64,000 bases of DNA, from NCBI GenBank assembly GCA_963823665.1, contig CAWGMQ010000008.1, positions 512,001 through 576,000 on the forward strand, written 5' to 3'. The position numbers were made by a program, and so were the translations under genes. Shown here piece by piece: positions 20,501-35,500 of this stretch (positions are counted from its first letter, which is position 1; each line of letters starts with the position of its first letter). The stretch is from an uncultured Planctomycetota bacterium (GTDB taxonomy: Bacteria; Planctomycetota; Planctomycetia; Isosphaerales; Isosphaeraceae). The notes beneath the pieces were generated by a model. The model was given only the letters and a program-made list of their open reading frames with translations, did not search any database and was not told the DNA's origin.

Positions 20501-23500
20501 CGAAGCCATGTCGGAAGATCTGGGGAACGTCGCGGCCGGGTACAACAGCAACTTCGCATACGGTACTCTTGAGCTCTCTGCCAATACTTATGCCGAGCTG
20601 GTAGACAACTCCGCCAACGCGCCCGGCAACGCTCCCAACGCCATCTATGTCAACACGCTGATCGTACCGTCCGGGGCGACTCTTAACCTGAACGGTCTGC
20701 ATCTCTACGCGCAGACGAAGCAAGTCAGCGGAACCATCACCGGCGGCGTGGTATCACCGACGACGGTCGAGTGGACGTCGACGACGAGCGGTAGCTGGAA
20801 TGTCGGCAGCAACTGGAGCACGGGGGCGGTGCCGACGTCGAATGAGGCTGTGATCATCAAAGTACAAGGAGCCACGCCGACCATCACGATCAGCTCGGGC
20901 TCTGAGTCCGTCCTTTCGATCACGGCCAGTGATCCGCTCTCGATCAGCGGCGGGTCGCTGACCGTCGCGGCGAATTCGACGATCGGCGGCGGTTTGTCGA
21001 TGACCGGGGGGTCACTGACGGCCAGCGGTTCAGGTGTCGCGCTGACGGTAACTGGCTCGACCACGGTGACTGGGGCGAGCATCTACGCGGAGAACGCTGC
21101 GACACTGGCCCTTTCGGACCTGACCAGCTACGCGGGCTCCGGCGCCGGCTACACCACGACCCTGGAGGCCACCGGCGCCGGCAGCGTCCTGTCGCTCCCC
21201 GAGCTGGCCTCGCTCTCGAATCCGAACTCCTGCTGCGCCTACACCCAGGTCCAGGCCCTGGCTGGCGGCGACGTCGAACTGCCGGCCCTGACCCAAGTCG
21301 GCGGCGGGCCGGTCCTGCTCGAGGGCGATGGATCCGGCAGCAAGCTCAACATGTCGGCACTGACCAGCTTCACCGGCGATGGCGACGCCAATCACCTGTC
21401 CATCCTCCAGGATAGCGACGGCGCCACGGTGATGGATGCGAGCCTCGCCTCGATCAGCGGCGTGCAGATCCCGGTAACGGGTGGTACGCTGAGTTTCCCG
21501 GCGCTGACCAACGTCGTCAGCTCCGACCTGCTAGTCAGCGGCGGAGCCTCGCTCACCTTGCCCGTCCTGACCGGCTACGCGGGCTCCGGCGCCGGCTACA
21601 CCACCACCCTGGAGGCCACCGGCGTCGGCAGCGTCCTGTCGCTCCCCGAGCTGGCCTCGCTCTCGAATCCGGACTCCTGCTGCTCCTACACCCAGGTCCA
21701 GGCCCTGGCTGGCGGCGACGTCGAACTGCCGGCCCTGACGCAAGTCAGCGGCGGGCCGGTCCTGCTCGAGGCCGACGGGTCAGGCACCACGCTCAACCTG
21801 TCTGCACTGACCACCTTCACCGGCGATGGGGACGCCAATCACCTGTCCATCCTCCAGGACAGCGACGGCGCCACGGTCATGGATGCCGACCTCGCCTCGA
21901 TCAGCGGCGTGTCCATCCAGGTATCGAGCGGCACGTTCAGTTACCCGGCGCTGACCAGCGTCGTCAGCTCCGACCTGCTAGTCAGCGACGGGGCCTCGCT
22001 CACTTTGCCCGTCCTGACCGGCTACGCGGGCTCCGGCGCCAGCTACACCACGACCCTGGAGGCCACCGGCGCCGGCAGCATCCTTTCGCTCCCCAAGCTG
22101 GCCTCGCTCTCGAATCCGGACTCCTGCTGCTTCTACACCCAGGTCGAGGCCCTGGCTGGCGGCGACGTCGAACTGCCGGCCCTGACGCAAGTCAGCGGCG
22201 GGCCGGTCCTGCTCGAGGCCGACGGGTCAGGCACCACGCTCAACCTGTCGGCACTGACCAGCTTCACCGGCGATGGGGACGCCAATCACCTGTCCATCCT
22301 CCAGGACAGCAACGACGCCACGGTGATGGATGCCGACCTCGCCTCGATCAGCGGCGTGTCCATCCAGGTATCGAGCGGCACGTTCAGTTACCCGGCGCTG
22401 ACCAGCGTCGTCAGCTCCGACCTGCTAGTCAGCGACGGGGCCTCGCTCACTTTGCCCGTCCTGACCGGCTACGCGGGCTCCGGCGCCAGCTACACCACGA
22501 CCCTGGAGGCCACCGGCGCCGGCAGCATCCTTTCGCTCCCCAAGCTGGCCTCGCTCTCGAATCCGGACTCCTGCTGCTTCTACACCCAGGTCGAGGCCCT
22601 GGCTGGCGGCGACGTCGAACTGCCGGCCCTGACGCAAGTCAGCGGCGGGCCGGTCCTGCTCGAGGCCGACGGGTCAGGCACCACGCTCAACCTGTCGGCA
22701 CTGACCAGCTTCACCGGCGATGGGGACGCCAATCACCTGTCCATCCTCCAGGACAGCAACGACGCCACGGTGATGGATGCCGACCTCGCCTCGATCAGCG
22801 GCGTGTCCATCCAGGTATCGAGCGGCACGTTCAGTTACCCGGCGCTGACCAGCGTCGTCAGCTCCGACCTGCTAGTCAGCGACGGGGCCTCGCTCACTTT
22901 GCCCGTCCTGACCGGCTACGCGGGCTCCGGCGCCAGCTACACCACGACCCTGGAGGCCACCGGCGCCGGCAGCATCCTTTCGCTCCCCAAGCTGGCCTCG
23001 CTCTCGAATCCGGACTCCTGCTGCTTCTACACCCAGGTCGAGGCCCTGGCTGGCGGCGACGTCGAACTGCCGGCCCTGACGCAAGTCAGCGGCGGGCCGG
23101 TCCTGCTCGAGGGCGATGGATCCGGCAGCAAGCTCGACATGTCGGCACTGACCAGCTTCACCGGCGATGGGGACGCCAATCACCTGTCCATCCTCCAGGA
23201 CAGCGACGGCGCCACGGTCATGGATGCCGACCTCGCCTCGATCAGCGGCGTGTCCATCCAGGTATCGAGCGGCACGTTCAGTTACCCGGCGCTGACCAGC
23301 GTCGTCAGCTCCGACCTGCTAGTCAGCGACGGGGCCTCGCTCACTTTGCCCGTCCTGACCGGCTACGCGGGCTCCGGCGCCAGCTACACCACGACCCTGG
23401 AGGCCACCGGCGCCGGCAGCATCCTTTCGCTCCCCAAGCTGGCCTCGCTCTCGAATCCGGACTCCTGCTGCTTCTACACCCAAGTCGAGGCCCTGGCTGG

Positions 23501-26500
23501 CGGCGACGTCGAACTGCCGGCCCTGACGCAAGTCAGCGGCGGGCCGGTCCTGCTCGAGGCCGACGGGTCAGGCACCACGCTCAACCTGTCGGCACTGACC
23601 GCCTTCACCGGCGATGGGGACGCCAATCACCTGTCCATCCTCCAGGACAGCAACGGCGCCAAGGTGCTTGATGCGAGCCTCGCGTCGATCAGCGGCGTGC
23701 AGATCCCGGTAACAAGTGGTGCGCTGAGTTTCCCGGCGCTGACTAGCGTCGTCAGCTCCGACCTGCTAGTCAGCGACGGGGCCTCGCTCACTTTGCCCGT
23801 CCTGACCGGCTACGCGGGCTCCGCCTACACCACGACTCTTCAGGCCACGGGTTCCGGCAGCGAGCTGTCCTTGCCCGAGCTGGCCTCGATCACCGAGTCG
23901 AACTCTTGCTGCTCATACACCGTCGTCCAGGCGCTGGCCGGGGGCGATGTCGAGCTTCCGGTCCTGACGCAGGTCGGTGGTGGGCCCGTGCAACTGGAGG
24001 GCGACGGGTCCGGCAGCAAGCTCGACGTGCCGGCGCTCGTGAGTCTCACAGGCGACGGGGACGTCAATCACCTGTCCATTCTCCAGGCCACCAACACCGG
24101 CATGGTGATCGATCCCGACCTGACGACGCTCAATACGGTCAAGCTCATCGCGGACTCGACCGGCACGCTCAGCTTGCCGGCTAACCAGACGTTTTCCTTC
24201 ACCGGCGGCACGAACATCGTTCAGGCTGGCACATTCCTCGTGCAAGGCGCGCTCAATGTTCAGAACAGTGCGACACTCGAGGTGGAGGGCGGGCTGACGA
24301 TCAATGGCGCGGGTAGTCTCTCGACCTCCTCGAATTCGACCCTCGATGTGAGCGGCAACCTCGTGGGGAACACCACGAACGCGGCGGCTTTCAATCCGCT
24401 GGGCACCGTCATCCTGGACAGTGCTCAGGGCACGGTCAACCCGCCGCAGCTCCTCGAAGCCATGTCGCAGGACCTGGGCAACGTCTCGGCCGGGTTTAAC
24501 AGCAACTTCGCCTACAGCACGCTCGAGCTGACCGCGAATACGTACGTCGAGCTGGTGGACAACTCGGCGAACTCGCCCGGCAACGCGCCGGAGGCTGTCT
24601 ACGTCAATGACTTGATCGTCCCCGCCGGGGCGACTCTCGATCTCGATGGCCTTCAAGTCTATGCCCATACAAAACAAATCAACGGGACCATCGTGAACGG
24701 CGGGGCGGTCGTGTCCGGCGAGGTTTACGACGACGCCAACGACAACGGATCGCTCGATACCGGCGAAACCGGATTATCGGGCTGGACGGTCGATCTGACG
24801 AGTACTTCGACGAGTTTGACTTACTCGGCGACCACCAATTCGAGCGGCCTGTTCTCCTTGGTCGGCATCACCGCCGGAACCTACACACTCTCGGAGGTCG
24901 TCCAGTCCGGGTTCGTTCAAACTGCGCCCACGTCTCCGGCCACATTCACCATCACGGTCGCGTCGGGCCAGACAGTCAGCAACGAGGATTTCGGGGACTA
25001 CTTGTCGCAACAAGGCCCGATGGTCTATATGGTGACGAGCAACGCCGACTCGGGCGCCGGCTCGCTGCGCGAGGCGATTGAATCCGCCGACATGCTTGGC
25101 AGTGCCAGCACGATCGACATCGCCATCGGCACGGGCGAGCAGACGATCGATCTTCTCTCGGCCCTGCCGGCGATCACCGCTCCGGTGACCATCGACGGCA
25201 CGACGCAACCTGGATATTCCGGCAAGCCGTTGATCGAGCTTGATGGTGCCGGCGCAGGACCTGGCGCGAACGGATTGACGATCACGGGCGATGGCATCAC
25301 GGTCAAGGGCCTGATCATCAGCGAGTTCAGCGGCGACGGGATCGAGGTCACCGGCAACGACGCACTGATCCAGAGCAGCTATATCGGCACCGATTTCACC
25401 GGAAGCAAGCCGCTTGGCAATGGGGGGGCCGGCATCGCGGTCACGGGTGGCGGCACGCACAACACGATCGGCGGCACGACCGCCGGTGCGGGGAACGTGA
25501 TTGCGGGCAACGCCGGCGATGGCATCGACGACATCGACGCCAACTCGAATCTCATCGCCAGCAACTGGATCGGCACGAGCGCGGACGGTACCGTGGCGCT
25601 CGCAAACGCCGGGTCCGGCGTGGTCGTCACGATGAGCTCGTCCGTCTTGATCGGCGGAACGTCGCTCGGTGCGGGCAACCTGATCTCCGGCAACGACTCG
25701 AGCGGGGTGGAGATCAACGATTCGACGGGCACCCTCGTCCAGGGCAATCTGATCGGGCTCGATCAGACCGGAACGCGCGCCATTGGCAACACCGGGGCCG
25801 GCGTTCTGATCGACAACGGATCGATATCGAGCACCGTTGGCGGAGTGGTGGCCGGGGCGCGCAACTTCATTTCGGGGAACGCGGAAGGCGTGATGGTGAC
25901 GGGCTCGTCCACGGCAGGGACCTTGGTGGCGGGCAACCTGATCGGCACCAATATCGAAGGCACGGCCGCGGTGGGCAACCTGGCTGGCGGCATCGTCATC
26001 GCGGGGGGTTCGGGCGCCTTGATCGGTGGGGCGGCCGCTCTGGCTCGCAACGTGGTCTCCGGAAACACGGGCGACGGCGTCGACATCGGCGCCCTTGCAG
26101 TGAGCACCGTGATCCAGGGCAATTTCATCGGCACGGATCAGACGGGAATCAAGGCGATTGCGAATTCCGGATCTGGGATATCGCTCGACGCCACAGGGGT
26201 CACGATCGGCGGGACGGCGCAGGGCGCGGGCAACGTGATCTCGGGCAACGCATCGGCGGGAGTGTTGATCTCAGGAGCCACCACGACAGGCGTTGTCATC
26301 TTGGGGAACCGCATCGGCACCGACTCAGCCGGCACGGCGGCCCTGGGGAACGGGACCTTCGGCGTGCTCGTGAGCGGCGCCCCCGGGGTCACGATCGGCG
26401 GGACGGCGACCGGGGACGGGAACATCGTCTCGGCCAATCAAACGGCGGGCATTGGACTGTACGCAGACACTACCGGCGCGGTGGTGCAGGGCAACCTGAT

Positions 26501-29500
26501 CGGCACCGATACCACCGGCTCGCAGCCGCTGGGCAACGGCAGCGGCATCGTGATCGACGGCGGCTCCTCGAGTAACACCATCGGCGGCATCGCCAAGGGT
26601 GCGGGCAACACCATCGCGTTCTCCGCGAGCACCGGCGTCGACGTCGACGCGACGGCCGGTAGCGGTAATGAGATCCGACTCAACTCTATTTTTTCCAACA
26701 CCGGGTTAGGAATCGACCTGGGGGGCAACGGCGTCACCCCGAACAATTCGGCCGGGCACGTCGGGCCGAACAACTATCAGAACTTCCCGGTGATCACCGC
26801 GGTCACGAGCGCGGGTGGCGTGACGACCGTGACGGGCACGCTCAACAGCACGCCTGACACGACCTTCGCAGTCGATTTCTACACGATTTCATCGCTGAAT
26901 GCATCTGGCTACGGCGAGGGACGATACGTCCTCGGCTCGGAACCCGTCACGACGGATGGCATGGGCGCCGCCGGGTTCGTCTTCCAGTTCCCGAACCCCA
27001 ACGGGGCATCGCGATTCGTGGCGGCGACCGCCACCGACCCGGGCGGCAACACCTCGGAATTCTCCCAGGCGTTTGGTTTCGACATTCCGCCGACGGCCGT
27101 CATCGGATTCACGAGCATCACGGTCAACGTGGGGGCCGCGATTCCGTTCAGCGGCCTGCAGTCGGCCGACCCCAGCGGCCTGCCGCTGACCTACGCCTGG
27201 CAGTTCGGTGACGGCGCGACAGCGACGGGGCCGGCGCCGACGCATACTTACACGGCGCTGGGAACCGATACCTTGACGCTCACCGTCAGCGACGGCTTCG
27301 GTGGAATGAGCACGGCGACCGCCCAGGTCACGGTTGTCGACGTGGCGCCGGTGTTCACTCCAAACTCATACGCACCGCCACTCTCATTCACGACTCCTTT
27401 GCCGGGCAGCGGGTTCGGCGAGTCGGTCGCCTCGGTCGACGGCAACGTCGCGATCGGCGCCCCGCTTGCGAACGGCACGGGCGCGGTGTACTTCTTTGAC
27501 GGCATCACGCCCGCGAGCGAGTCCATTTCAACCTACAGCTACGGCGGGCTCGTCCACGTTTTCGCCGACCCGAATCCCGAAGCAGGCGATGAATTCGGCG
27601 CATCGCTGGCGGTGGTCGGCAACGAGCTGGTGGTCGGTGCGCCCGGCAGCTCGCTCTCGGGACCAGGCGACGGCGTGGTCTACGTGTTCGACGCCAATGA
27701 CGAGGGCACGACGTTTGGCGATTTGCTGGCGACCTTGACGATTCCCGATCCCGGGGCCTTGGACGAAGCACATTTCGGCGCGGCGGTCGGCGCCACCGAC
27801 ACGAATATCGTCGTCGGAGCGCCCGGCAACAACGGCGGCACGGGCGAGGCCTACGAGTTCGAGGGCGATACAACGCAGCCGAGTTTCGGCATGCTGCTGC
27901 GTAAAATGCTGAATCCAAGTTCGCAAACCGACTCTGATTTCGGTGCAGCGATCGCGGGGGACGGCAACGATGTGATCGTCGGGGCGCCGACGGTGAACCT
28001 GAGCGGCGCGGTGGGGGGCGTCTATCTGCTGGACGGCACGACCGGGGATCTGATCACGAAGATCGCCAACCCGGACGCCTCAACGACGACCGGCTTCGGC
28101 TCGGCGGTGGCGGCTGTCGGGGGAAACATCCTGATCGGGTCGCCGGACGATAACAACGGTGCGGGGGCGGCGTTCCTCTATACCCCGCCTGCAACCAGCG
28201 GGCCTGCGACGTTCCAGACGACGTTTGTTCAGCCCGACGGCGGAGGCGGAAACTTTGGTGCCTCGGTGGCCGCGACGCAGAACACGGCGCTCATCGGCGC
28301 TCCGGGGGCCAACCTGGGAACGACCGACGCCGGGGCCGAATACCTGTTCGACGCGAATCCGGCGAGCCCGACGTTCGGTCGGGCGATCGGCGCCGTGCAA
28401 GAGCCGACACCCGCTTCGGGTGATGCGCTCGGGACCGCGGTCGGGTTTGACGACGGGGCCGTGATCGCGGCTGCGGAGGGCTCCGGGGCCGCAATGCTCT
28501 ATCAGCCTACTGCCATCCTTTCGCTCTCGTCCTCGACGACCTTCGCGACAGCCCTTTACAACTCGGTCATCGTGAGCGGCACATTCGTGGATGCGAACCC
28601 GTCGGTACCTCTGCAAGCCTCGATCAACTGGGGTGACGGCTCGGCGGCAACTGTCATCGATCTCCCGGTCGGCTCCTACGCCTTTTCGGCACCTCATGAC
28701 TACACGACCAACCCGGCGTCCGGGACTTACACGATTGGCGTGACCCTGACCGACCCGTACAACGAGTCGACCTTCGCGGAGACGACCCTCGACATCAGCA
28801 GCCCGGGCTCTTACTTCGCACCGCCGGGCCTCGAGCTCTCGACTTCGAGCATCGTCGAGGGGGGCACGGTCAACCTGAGCGGAACGATCAAGACCCCCGT
28901 CGGGACCGACACCAATACGGTCACGCTCAACTGGGGCGACGGATCCGCGCCGACTTCGATCGCCCTTGCTGCGGGCCAGGACACGTTCTCGACAACCCAT
29001 GCGTACTTGAACAATCCAGCGGGGGTTGGATCCGAGGATTACACGATCGTCGGCTCGGTGACCAACGAGAATGGCCAGGTTGGCTATGCGTCGGCGAGCG
29101 TCACCGTGAGCAAAGTCGCCCCGCAGCTCGCGGCGGCCGACCTGAGCTTGTCGGAGACAACAGCCAACGAGGGAGACACGATCACGCTGGGCGGCCAGTT
29201 CACCGACCCGGACGCGCTCAGCTCGTACACGGTGACGATCGACTGGGGCGACGGCTCGACTGCGACCGAGCTGGTCGAGGTTCTTGGCCAGGTTGTCCCG
29301 TCGCCCACGCCGGGGCTCTACACCTTCTCGGCCCCGCATCAGTATCTGCACAATCCAGCCGGCGAGCTGACCGGGGGCAGCTACGACATCGACGTTTCTG
29401 TGTCGGACGGCGTGAACACGATTTCGGCCGGCACGTCGATCGTGGTGCAAAACGTGCTGCCGGCCGTACAGATCAAGAGCTCGGTGGATCCGGTCGCGGA

Positions 29501-32500
29501 GACGATCACGGTGACGGCCGACGTGACCGACCCGGACCCGCTCGCCACCGACACGGTGGCCTGGACGCTCGTCCAGAATGGAATGAATATCGGAATGGCC
29601 GCGGGCACGAGCTACACTTTCTCGATACCGAGCCCGCTCGGGCTGCTGGTCGCGACCGCGACTGCGACAAGTAGCGACGGCTCGGTGGGCAGCGAAAACG
29701 CGCAGATCGAGCTCATCGAGCAGATGAGTGCTTCGGTGGTGATCGACGCGAGCGGGACCACGGTCTCGATGGGCGGAATGCCGGTCTCGACCATCGCGCC
29801 GGCGGGGGCTGGCGAGGTGATCGCGCTCGTGACGGGCTCAGACGACTTGATCGACGCCAGTACCGACACGAACTCGGTCGAGATCGTCAGCTCGGGGTCG
29901 GACGTGACCATGAAGGGCGGCGCGGGTGATGACCTGCTGGTGGCCGGCACGGGAGCCAACAGCCTGGTCGGCGGGTCGGGCGATGACACGCTGGTCTCGA
30001 CTGGCGGCGACGACACGCTCCGGGGCGGAACGGGGGACACTTCGTTCCAGATCAACCCCGGGCCGGACCCACTCGTGATTGGTGGCAGTGGCACCAACAC
30101 GCTTGACTTCTCGACTGCCGCCCAGGCGATCACGATCAACCTGGGCCTCGAGTCAGGCCAGATGCAGCTCGTTGACTCGAGCAACGATGAGGTGACCCTC
30201 CAGGGCATATTCAACGCGTACTTCGCCTCGCACAACGGCGACAACGTCACGCTGAACGATGACGGCGACCTGGCGTACGCGACCAGCGGCAACACCACCA
30301 TCACCGCCGGATCGGGTCATGATTCCATCGTCGGCGGGTCGGGAAATGACATCATCTATGCCACCACCGGCAACACCACCATCACCGCTGGATCGGGACA
30401 CGATTCCATCGTCGGCGGGTCGGGAAATGACATCATCTATGCCACCACCGGCAACACCACCATCACCGCCGGATCGGGACACGATTCGATTGTCGGCGGG
30501 TCGGGAAATGACATCATCTATGCCACCACCGGCAACACCACCATCAGCGCTGGTTCGGGGCACGATTCCATCGTCGGTGGGTCGGGAAATGACATCATCT
30601 ATGCCACCACCGGCAACACGACGATCTCCGCCGGATCGGGGCACGATTCCATCGTCGGCGGGTCGGGAAATGACATTATCTATGCCACGACCGGCAACAC
30701 GACGATCTCCGCCGGATCGGGGCACGATTCGATTGTCGGCGGGTCCGGCAACGACATCATCTACGCCACCACCGGCAACACGACCATCACCGCTGGATCG
30801 GGGCACGATTCCATCGTCGGCGGATCTGGAAACGACATCATCTATACCACCACGGGCAACTCGACGATCACCGGTGGCTCGGGCAAGGACTCGATCACCG
30901 GCGGGTCGGGCAACGATATCATCTATTTGACCACAGGCAATGCGACCGTCACCGGCGGCTCGGGCCATGACACGATCGTCGGCGGGTCAGGCAACGACAT
31001 CATCTATACCACCACGGGCAACTCGACGATCACCGGTGGCTCGGGCAAGGACTCGGTCTTCGGCGGCTCGGGCAACGACATCATCTATTTGACGACCGGG
31101 ACCGCGACCATCGCCGCCGGGACGGGCGGCGATTCGATCTTCGGCGGATCGGGCCAAGACATCATCTACGGCAACACGGCCGCCGCATTCATCGTCGGCG
31201 GCTCGGGCAACATCTCGATCACGGGCGGATCGGGCGACGAAACGATTGTCGGCGGCTCGGGCAACGACTCGATCTCGGGCGGGTCAGGGAACGTCTCGAT
31301 CCTGGGGGGCACAGGGAATGACTGGATCGACGGCGGCACCGGCCTAGACACGATCACCGGCGGCTCGGGCGACGACACGATCACCGGCGGCGCCGGCAAC
31401 GACATCATCGTGGGCGGCTCGGGCAACGATTCGATCGTGGGCGGCAGCGGGGGCGACTTGATCCTGGGCGGCGCGGGCAACGACATCATCTACGGCGGCG
31501 TTCTGTCGAGCACGATCACCGGCGGGTTCGGCAACGACACGATCGTGGGCGGTAACGGCAACGATATCATCTACGGCGGAACCGGCAACGATTCGATCGA
31601 AGGCGGGTACGGCGCCGAGTCGATTGTTGGCGGGTCGGGCAATGATGTTTTGATCGCCGGCAACCTGTCGAGCACGATCACCGGGGGGAGCGGCAACGAT
31701 CTGATCGTGGGCAGCTACGGCAACGACAGCATTTACGGCGGCAGCGGCGACAACACGATCGCGGCCGGCACCGGGAAAGATTCGATCACGGGCGGCTCGG
31801 GCAACGACATCATCTACGGCGGCGCTGGCGACAGCATGATCGCGGCGGGGACAGGCAACGCGACGATCACCGCCGGCGGCGGCAGCGACGTTCTGACCGG
31901 CGGCGGGTTCGACTCCTGGCTGATGTTCTACGGCTCGACGAACATGACGCTCACGAACACGAGCTTCGCGACTTCGGGCGGGAGCTTGCCCAACTCGGTC
32001 TCCACGATCAGCGGTTTCCAGCACGCGATCCTGGCGGCCGGCCCGGGCGACTTCACGCTCGATGCCTCGGGCTTCTCGGGCAGCGCCATTCTTCAAGGGG
32101 GAACGGGCGACGATACCTTGATCGGCGCAGGGCCCGGACACGCTGGTCGGCGGCGCGGGCACCGACTCGTTGGTCGGCGGCGGCCGCGCCGATACCTTCG
32201 CCTTCAACGACAACTCGAGCGGGAGCCAGACGATCTTCGAGCCGGTCGGGTTGCCGGGCGAAGCCCCCGCCGGGCTCGATTTCTCTCAGGCACCGGCCGG
32301 GATCTCGATCAATCTCGGCCAATCCGGGCCTCAGGCCGTGATGCCGGCCACGCTTTCCGACGGCGCGCTGGCCCTGACCCTGGCCGACCCACTCGCGATC
32401 GATACCGTGCTGGGCAGCTCCTACAACGATACGATTATCGGCAACACGAACGACAACACGTTGATCGGTGGCGGCGGCGACGACCTGCTTGTCGGTCTGG

Positions 32501-35500
32501 GCGGCAATAACCTCATCGAAGGGAGCGTCACCCGCACGGTCTATCTCGACTTCAACACTTACGAGCTCCCTGGTCAGCACTTCTACACCCAGGCCGAGCG
32601 CAACGCGATCCAGGCGCAGATCACAGCCGACTATTCCGACTTCTCGTACATCTTCACCCAGACACAGCCGCAGTCGGGGCCGTACACACCGATCTATTTC
32701 AACGACCCGACTCTGGTCGGCCTCGAGGGAGGAATCTCGACCGGGATCGACTGGCGGGATCTGGACATCTCCGGCACCACGACACTCACCGCCGCCGGTC
32801 TGGACGTCGTCCCGCCTGATTCCGCAGGGGTCAACGTCAATGACTTCCTGGGCGGTCCAGGCCAGCCCGCCGCCTCGAGCGCCGACTTCATCGGGTTGTC
32901 GGCCACGATCGCCGCGCACGAGCTGGGGCATCTCTCCGGCCTGGAGCACGCCGACGCGTATGGGCCGATCGGCTCGGGGATCTACTCGGGGGTCAACCCG
33001 GACCTCTACAATCCCGCCTACCCAGGACCGACCGATGCCACCCAGACGATCCTGGACATCATGGCCTCCGGCGCCTCGGTGAACGCGACACTCGAGGATG
33101 CGATCAACGATCCGTTCTTCGGTGAACGAGAGTCGATCGCACTGTCCTTCGGCGAGAATGGCTCACCGACCAACGAAGAGACAACTGCACATGATTCTAT
33201 GAACAACGCCCAGCCGATCACGCTTGCGCCGCTGGTCGTGCCCGACACCGATCTCGAAGGCACGAACGCCGACAAGGTCTTCGACGTCACCGCCGCGGAC
33301 GTGGTCGGATATCTTGGGGAGACAAACGGAGCGTCGAACACCGACTTTTATTCGTTCACGGCGCAAGCGGGCACGCTGATCAACTTCGAGCTGATGTCGG
33401 TCGCCCTCACACGGTCGGTCGCGCCGGAGGGCACTGCGGCGACCGACTACAACCAAGGCCCATTCAACACATACCTGGTCATCTACAACTCGAGCGGCCA
33501 GGTGATCGAATACAACGATGACTCGTTCCAGGACACCGATTCTTCGATCATCGATCTGACGCTGCCGTACACCGGCACCTATTATGCGATGGTGACCTCT
33601 TCGCCCAATTCGGTGTCACTGAAGCAGCCCTTGACCGGCGACTACGAGCTTTTCATGTACACCTTCGCCGCCGGAACCTCGGCGGCAAATTCGCCCACGA
33701 CGCCCGGTCTCGGCGACACGATCTACGCCGGCCCGGGCGACGACACAATCGTTGCCGGCTCGGCCGACGACACGATCGAGGCCCAGCCCCAGGATACGCT
33801 CGTGTACGGGTCGGGTGCGGTGAACCTGCTGCCGGCTATCTCCGGGCTGGGCGTCTCGGCCGGTTTGGGCCAGACGGTCGACGAAGGGACCAGCGTCAAC
33901 CTGACCGGGTCGTTCGTCGCGCCTTCGGGCGACCCCACTTACACGGACTGGCACGTGGTCGCATCCTCCGGAGAGCAGATCGCCGACGGGACCGGATCGA
34001 CCTTCATGTTCACGCCGGGCAACGCCGGAACTTACACGGTGATTTACACGGTCATCGACCCGAACGTCGGCTGGGATTCGGGCGAGGTGGTGATCACTTC
34101 GGACGACGTGCCGCCGGTGCTGACAGCCCCGAGCGAGTCGCAGAGCGCCTACGCGGGCGTGAGCACTTCGGTCGATCTTGGAACGCTTGCCGTGAAGGGC
34201 ATTGGCCCGTTCTCGGACGTTGTCCAGTGGGGCGACGGCCAGACGTCGACCATTTCACCGTCAGGCTCCGGACCCGTCTCTCCGACTCACGCGTATTCGA
34301 AGGCGGGGATGTACACGATCAGCGAGACGGTCTACGAGTACGACGGTGGCTCGACGATCGCCAGCGTGATGATCAACGTGACGATTGCCGGCACGTCGAC
34401 GATGCTCACGTCCTCGGCTGCCTCCAGTGTTTACGGCCGATTGGTCACGTTCACGGCCACGGTGACCGGCCCGGGGGCCCCCACGGGGACCGTGGTGTTC
34501 TACAACGGGGTGGTCACACCGGCCGATCAAATCGGCACGGGCACATTGAGTATGGAAAACGGCATCGACACGGCTGCATTCAGCACGTCGATGCTGCAGG
34601 CGAGCGGCAGTCCGTATACGATCACGGCGGTCTACAGCGGCGATCCCGACAACGTGGGCAGCACCTCGAACTCCCTCAACGAGACAATCACCAAGGCCAG
34701 CGCGGCGATCATGATCACTCCATACAGAATCACTTACGACGGCAACCCGCACACCGCGGGCGGAACGGCCACGGGGGTGGAGTCGCCAACCCCGGCGAAC
34801 TTGAGCGGTCTGCTGAACCTGAGCGGTACCACGCATACCATTGCCGGCAGCTATACCGACACCTGGACGTTCGCGGGCAATGCGAACTACCTGAGTGCCA
34901 GCGGAAATGTCACCGATGTGATCACCCAGCCCTTGACCATCGCCTCGATCGGGACCGTCTTGCCCAATCCGCGGAATACGGCCGTTTCCAGCATCAACGT
35001 CACCTTCAGCGTGCCGATCAATACGGGCAGCCTGACTGCGGGCGCGCTATCGCTCTCCGACAATAACGGGCCCAACCTGATCACGGGCGCCGTCACATTA
35101 AGCCTGGTTTCGGGCTCAACTTACCAGATCAACGGGCTGAGCAGTCTCACGCTAAGCAACGGCGATTACACCTTGGGTGTGAACGCCGCCGGCATCGAGG
35201 ACCAGAATGGCAGCCCGGGCTCGGGGAGCGCCTCGACGTCGTGGCTGATGGACACAACGCCCCCCACAAGCAAGGTCAGCCCGCTGCCGCAGCGCGGGAC
35301 GAGCCTCACATTCGCGGTCTCGGTCAGCGGCACCGACGGCGGCTCGCCGCCTTCGGGTTTGGGGTCGTTCGACATCTACTCGAGCACAAATGGTGGTACG
35401 TGGACGTTATGGACCACGGTCCCGGCCTCGAACCCAACGGCGAACTTCACGGGTCAGAGCAACACGACCTATGCGTTCTACAGCATCGCCCACGACCTCG

